From contig CM052817.1 of NCBI GenBank assembly GCA_028534125.1, positions 100,318,001-100,382,000 of the forward strand: a stretch of 64,000 bases of DNA. Reading direction: 5' to 3'. This stretch comes from Lama glama. Its lineage: Eukaryota. Of the stretch, positions 61,652 through 64,000 are shown one piece after another. The translations under genes were made by a program, and so were the position numbers. Numbering within the stretch: the first letter of the stretch is position 1; every line of letters starts with the position of its first letter. The notes under the pieces were generated by a model. That model made no database searches. It worked only from the letters and a program-made list of their open reading frames with translations, and was not told the DNA's origin.

Positions 61652-62207
61652 TGTTATCCCAAAGAGGGGAAGGGAAAAGGCTCCAGTTCTTGTCTTGCCT
61701 GGAAGATAAGAATTCAGACAGGAGACAGAAGAGTTGTGTAGCAAAAGATTTTAAAAGTTTTATTAGCAAAGGGAAAACACAGCTCCAAGAACAAGAAGTG
61801 GGCTGATCCAAGGGCAGAGAGCAGTGGTCTTTGTTTGCCCCTTCTCTTATATCCTCGCTTAGAGGGGGTCTCTTGATTGATTGACAGCTCTTGCCCCTGG
61901 AGTGCTCAGTCATGCTCGTCCCCTTTTGCACATGTCCTTACCTATGATGCACATAGAAAAACCCATGGAGTTGGGAGCTAAACCGAGTGCTAATTATATT
62001 ACAATGAGCACTGGATCATGTCCGGTTAGGTCCTTGTTGCTACAGCACAGTTGTGGCTGTCAGGTTCTAACCAGTTTCTTGCTGGCGCTCATTTAGAAGA
62101 AGTAAAGCCCCTTGATGCTGAAGGCAGGCATACCTCCATCTCCTGGACCATCCTCCTTCTCCTCCACCTTATTTGCCTGGTGCCCCCACTTATCTAACTA
62201 CCTAACA
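61652..62207 (-). mobile_element. Solo ERV LTR, 556 bp
   Basis: tgtta...taaca termini; exact 5-bp TSD ggggc (61647-61651, 62208-62212); minus-strand TATA-like (~61845) and AATAAA (~61790). Confidence 0.85.
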
Positions 62208-63399
62208 GGGGCTTCTGGGCAGCCATCTGAAGATGACTCTGTGGGACCTCGAGGTCAACTTAGGAGACAGTTTTTGAACTGTGCTGTGGACTCAAAGGTT
62301 TGCATGATTATGGATCATTTTTCAGTCTGTGATCTTTCTGGTGAGACCTGCATCTGCCTTCTGGGCATGATCACACTTGCCTGGGCTTTGTTTGTTCCTG
62401 GGCATGAAGTGGGGCAGCCTCTCAGTGGACTCTGCCCCCTGCACTCTGCCTGGCACACGTGGGATGGTCAGCGAAAGTCTGTCAAGCAATGAAAGAATGA
62501 CAGTCACTGCAAGAGAGCGTTCACACACTCCCTCCTCGGAAATAAAAAACCAGGAAGTCAACCCCAAGGGTCTCCCTTATCCCAGGCGCATTGGAATCAT
62601 CAGCCGGTTGAGTGCCAAGACCCTAGCTTAGAGAGACTGCAACGCCCCAGTAGCGCTGTGAGCTGCAGGAGTGAGCAAGGCTCGGCGTGGGAAGCACACC
62701 TTGTTTGTGGCTAAATAAGGTTGACATGGGCAGTAGTACCAGGGTAGCTGGAGGAGAGTCTTATTTGCAGGCCCAAATGCCCCAGACTTTTCTCATAGGC
62801 CAGAGAGAGTAACCAGGTGGCCCCTAGTGTCCAGCCAAACCCCAGGAGGCTTGAAATCCAAACACACTGCCCAGGTGATCATTCCTCTTTCAATGTTTTA
62901 AACATTGAACTTGAAGCCTTCAATCTGGTGCCTGCTACACATGACAGAGAAGGTCATCCCACCTCGGATACGGTGCACATGTGGAGGGCAACAATTAGGA
63001 AGGAAGGAGAGAGCCGGAAGGAAAAGAGAATTGAATGGAAATTTAATCTGGCCAATATGCAAATCTATTTTCTTCCATGAAGACCCCTGATGGAATAAGG
63101 ACTTCAGTGCAAGCCTTTTCAAGTTGGCTGGTTTCTTTTTAGAGGACAAGCATGCGTTTGATTAGTTGCCCATTAAATCACAGGAAAAGGGCTTGGCTTA
63201 GGGGGCGGGTAGGACAGTTAGAAGCTGGTAAAATGCGAATAGCTTCCCTTCTGAGGCTCACAGCGCTCTTTGGATTCCTTGTTCTCCTGTTGACAAATCC
63301 CAGTGCCAGGAAAACAGTTTTAATTACTGAAATCTACATTGCCTATGGGCTGGATGGATCCCACCAGCACTTGTAAAGCTCCTCTTAGGCCGGACCTCG

Positions 63400-63600
63400 G
63401 GGACACAGCAGCCAGCGCCGTGGAGACCCTTTATCCAAGGCCCTCCCGGTCCAGAGGGGCGCATTGAACATTTAATAAGACAAGCGCGCTCAGCTGTGCG
63501 CAGGGACGACTCTAAGCGCATGTGACGGGCTCCTGACGCGGCCCGGGGACGGGTCGGGGGAGGTGTGACGCAATGCAGACTCCTCATACCTTCCCCCCTT
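63400..63600. promoter_or_regulatory. CpG-rich patch with three TGACG half-CRE sites
   Basis: tgacg at 63523, 63534 and 63566 (last one tgacgcaat). Confidence 0.35.
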
Positions 63601-63904
63601 AGATTTCCCTCAAAGATGTCAGCGCCATAGGCATTCTGCCCTTTCCAGCAAAGTCAGCCACGTGTCCCTCTATTCCGGTTATGCCCGTGGGAAGGAGCCA
63701 ATAGTGACTACTTGACAGGTATGAGGTTTCTCCTCGAGCCGAGGGTGTTACTACATCACGAAATCCCTGCGCACTGTATGTGCTTGATGGTGCGAGTTCC
63801 CTGACATCCCCTCACTTTCCATTTCCTTGCTCCGCTGTCATTGCTGAGTGAGGTGGGATTGCTCTTTGTTCTTCTCGTAAAAACCTGTAAGGTGTCTCGT
63901 GAAA

Positions 63905-64000
63905 TTTCATTCATCGATTCATTCATTCGTCAGTTGGTACCCATCAGAAACTTCCATGTTCCAGACACAGTGTGGGTGCCAGGGATGCACTGAGGGGAAA
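63905..64000 (-). mobile_element. L2 3' end (runs off window)
   Basis: ttcattcatcgattcattcattcg...ccagacacagtgtgggtgccagggatgca. Confidence 0.55.

Noticed and set aside
1..64000. CRISPR array, prokaryotic operon, intact provirus or other novel multi-gene system
   Set aside because: No regularly spaced repeat-spacer array, gene-dense region or gag/pol/env ORFs; content is typical mammalian non-coding DNA

Overview
Mammalian, repeat-rich, apparently non-coding (intergenic or deep intronic) DNA. It is most likely from a camelid (camel/alpaca/llama), because it carries seven copies of the tRNA-Ala-derived Vic-1 SINE plus cetartiodactyl-type L1 3' ends. I recognise no protein-coding exon; the only ORFs with identifiable products are decayed L1 ORF2 fragments. 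The window is a mosaic of MIR, L2, L1 (L1MC/L1MB/HAL1-like and younger), MaLR/ERV LTRs and hAT MITEs. It also has a CpG-rich island near 12.4-13.1 kb and several repeat-free stretches with enhancer-like motifs. I found no evidence of a new multi-gene system. The most notable signals are records of genome dynamics: (i) a ~400-bp local duplication with filled and empty SINE sites, (ii) a 33-bp inverted templated copy 1.3 kb from its donor, (iii) a twin-primed L1 with a probable 3' transduction, (iv) a ~75-bp HNRNPA1 3'UTR retrocopy inside an L1, (v) a SINE head that folds as a full tRNA cloverleaf lacking the G3:U70 Ala identity pair, (vi) nested and chimeric LTRs and a strong AT-to-GC substitution tract. 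Repeat family names come from my recall of consensus sequences, not from a database search, and old-repeat boundaries are approximate.
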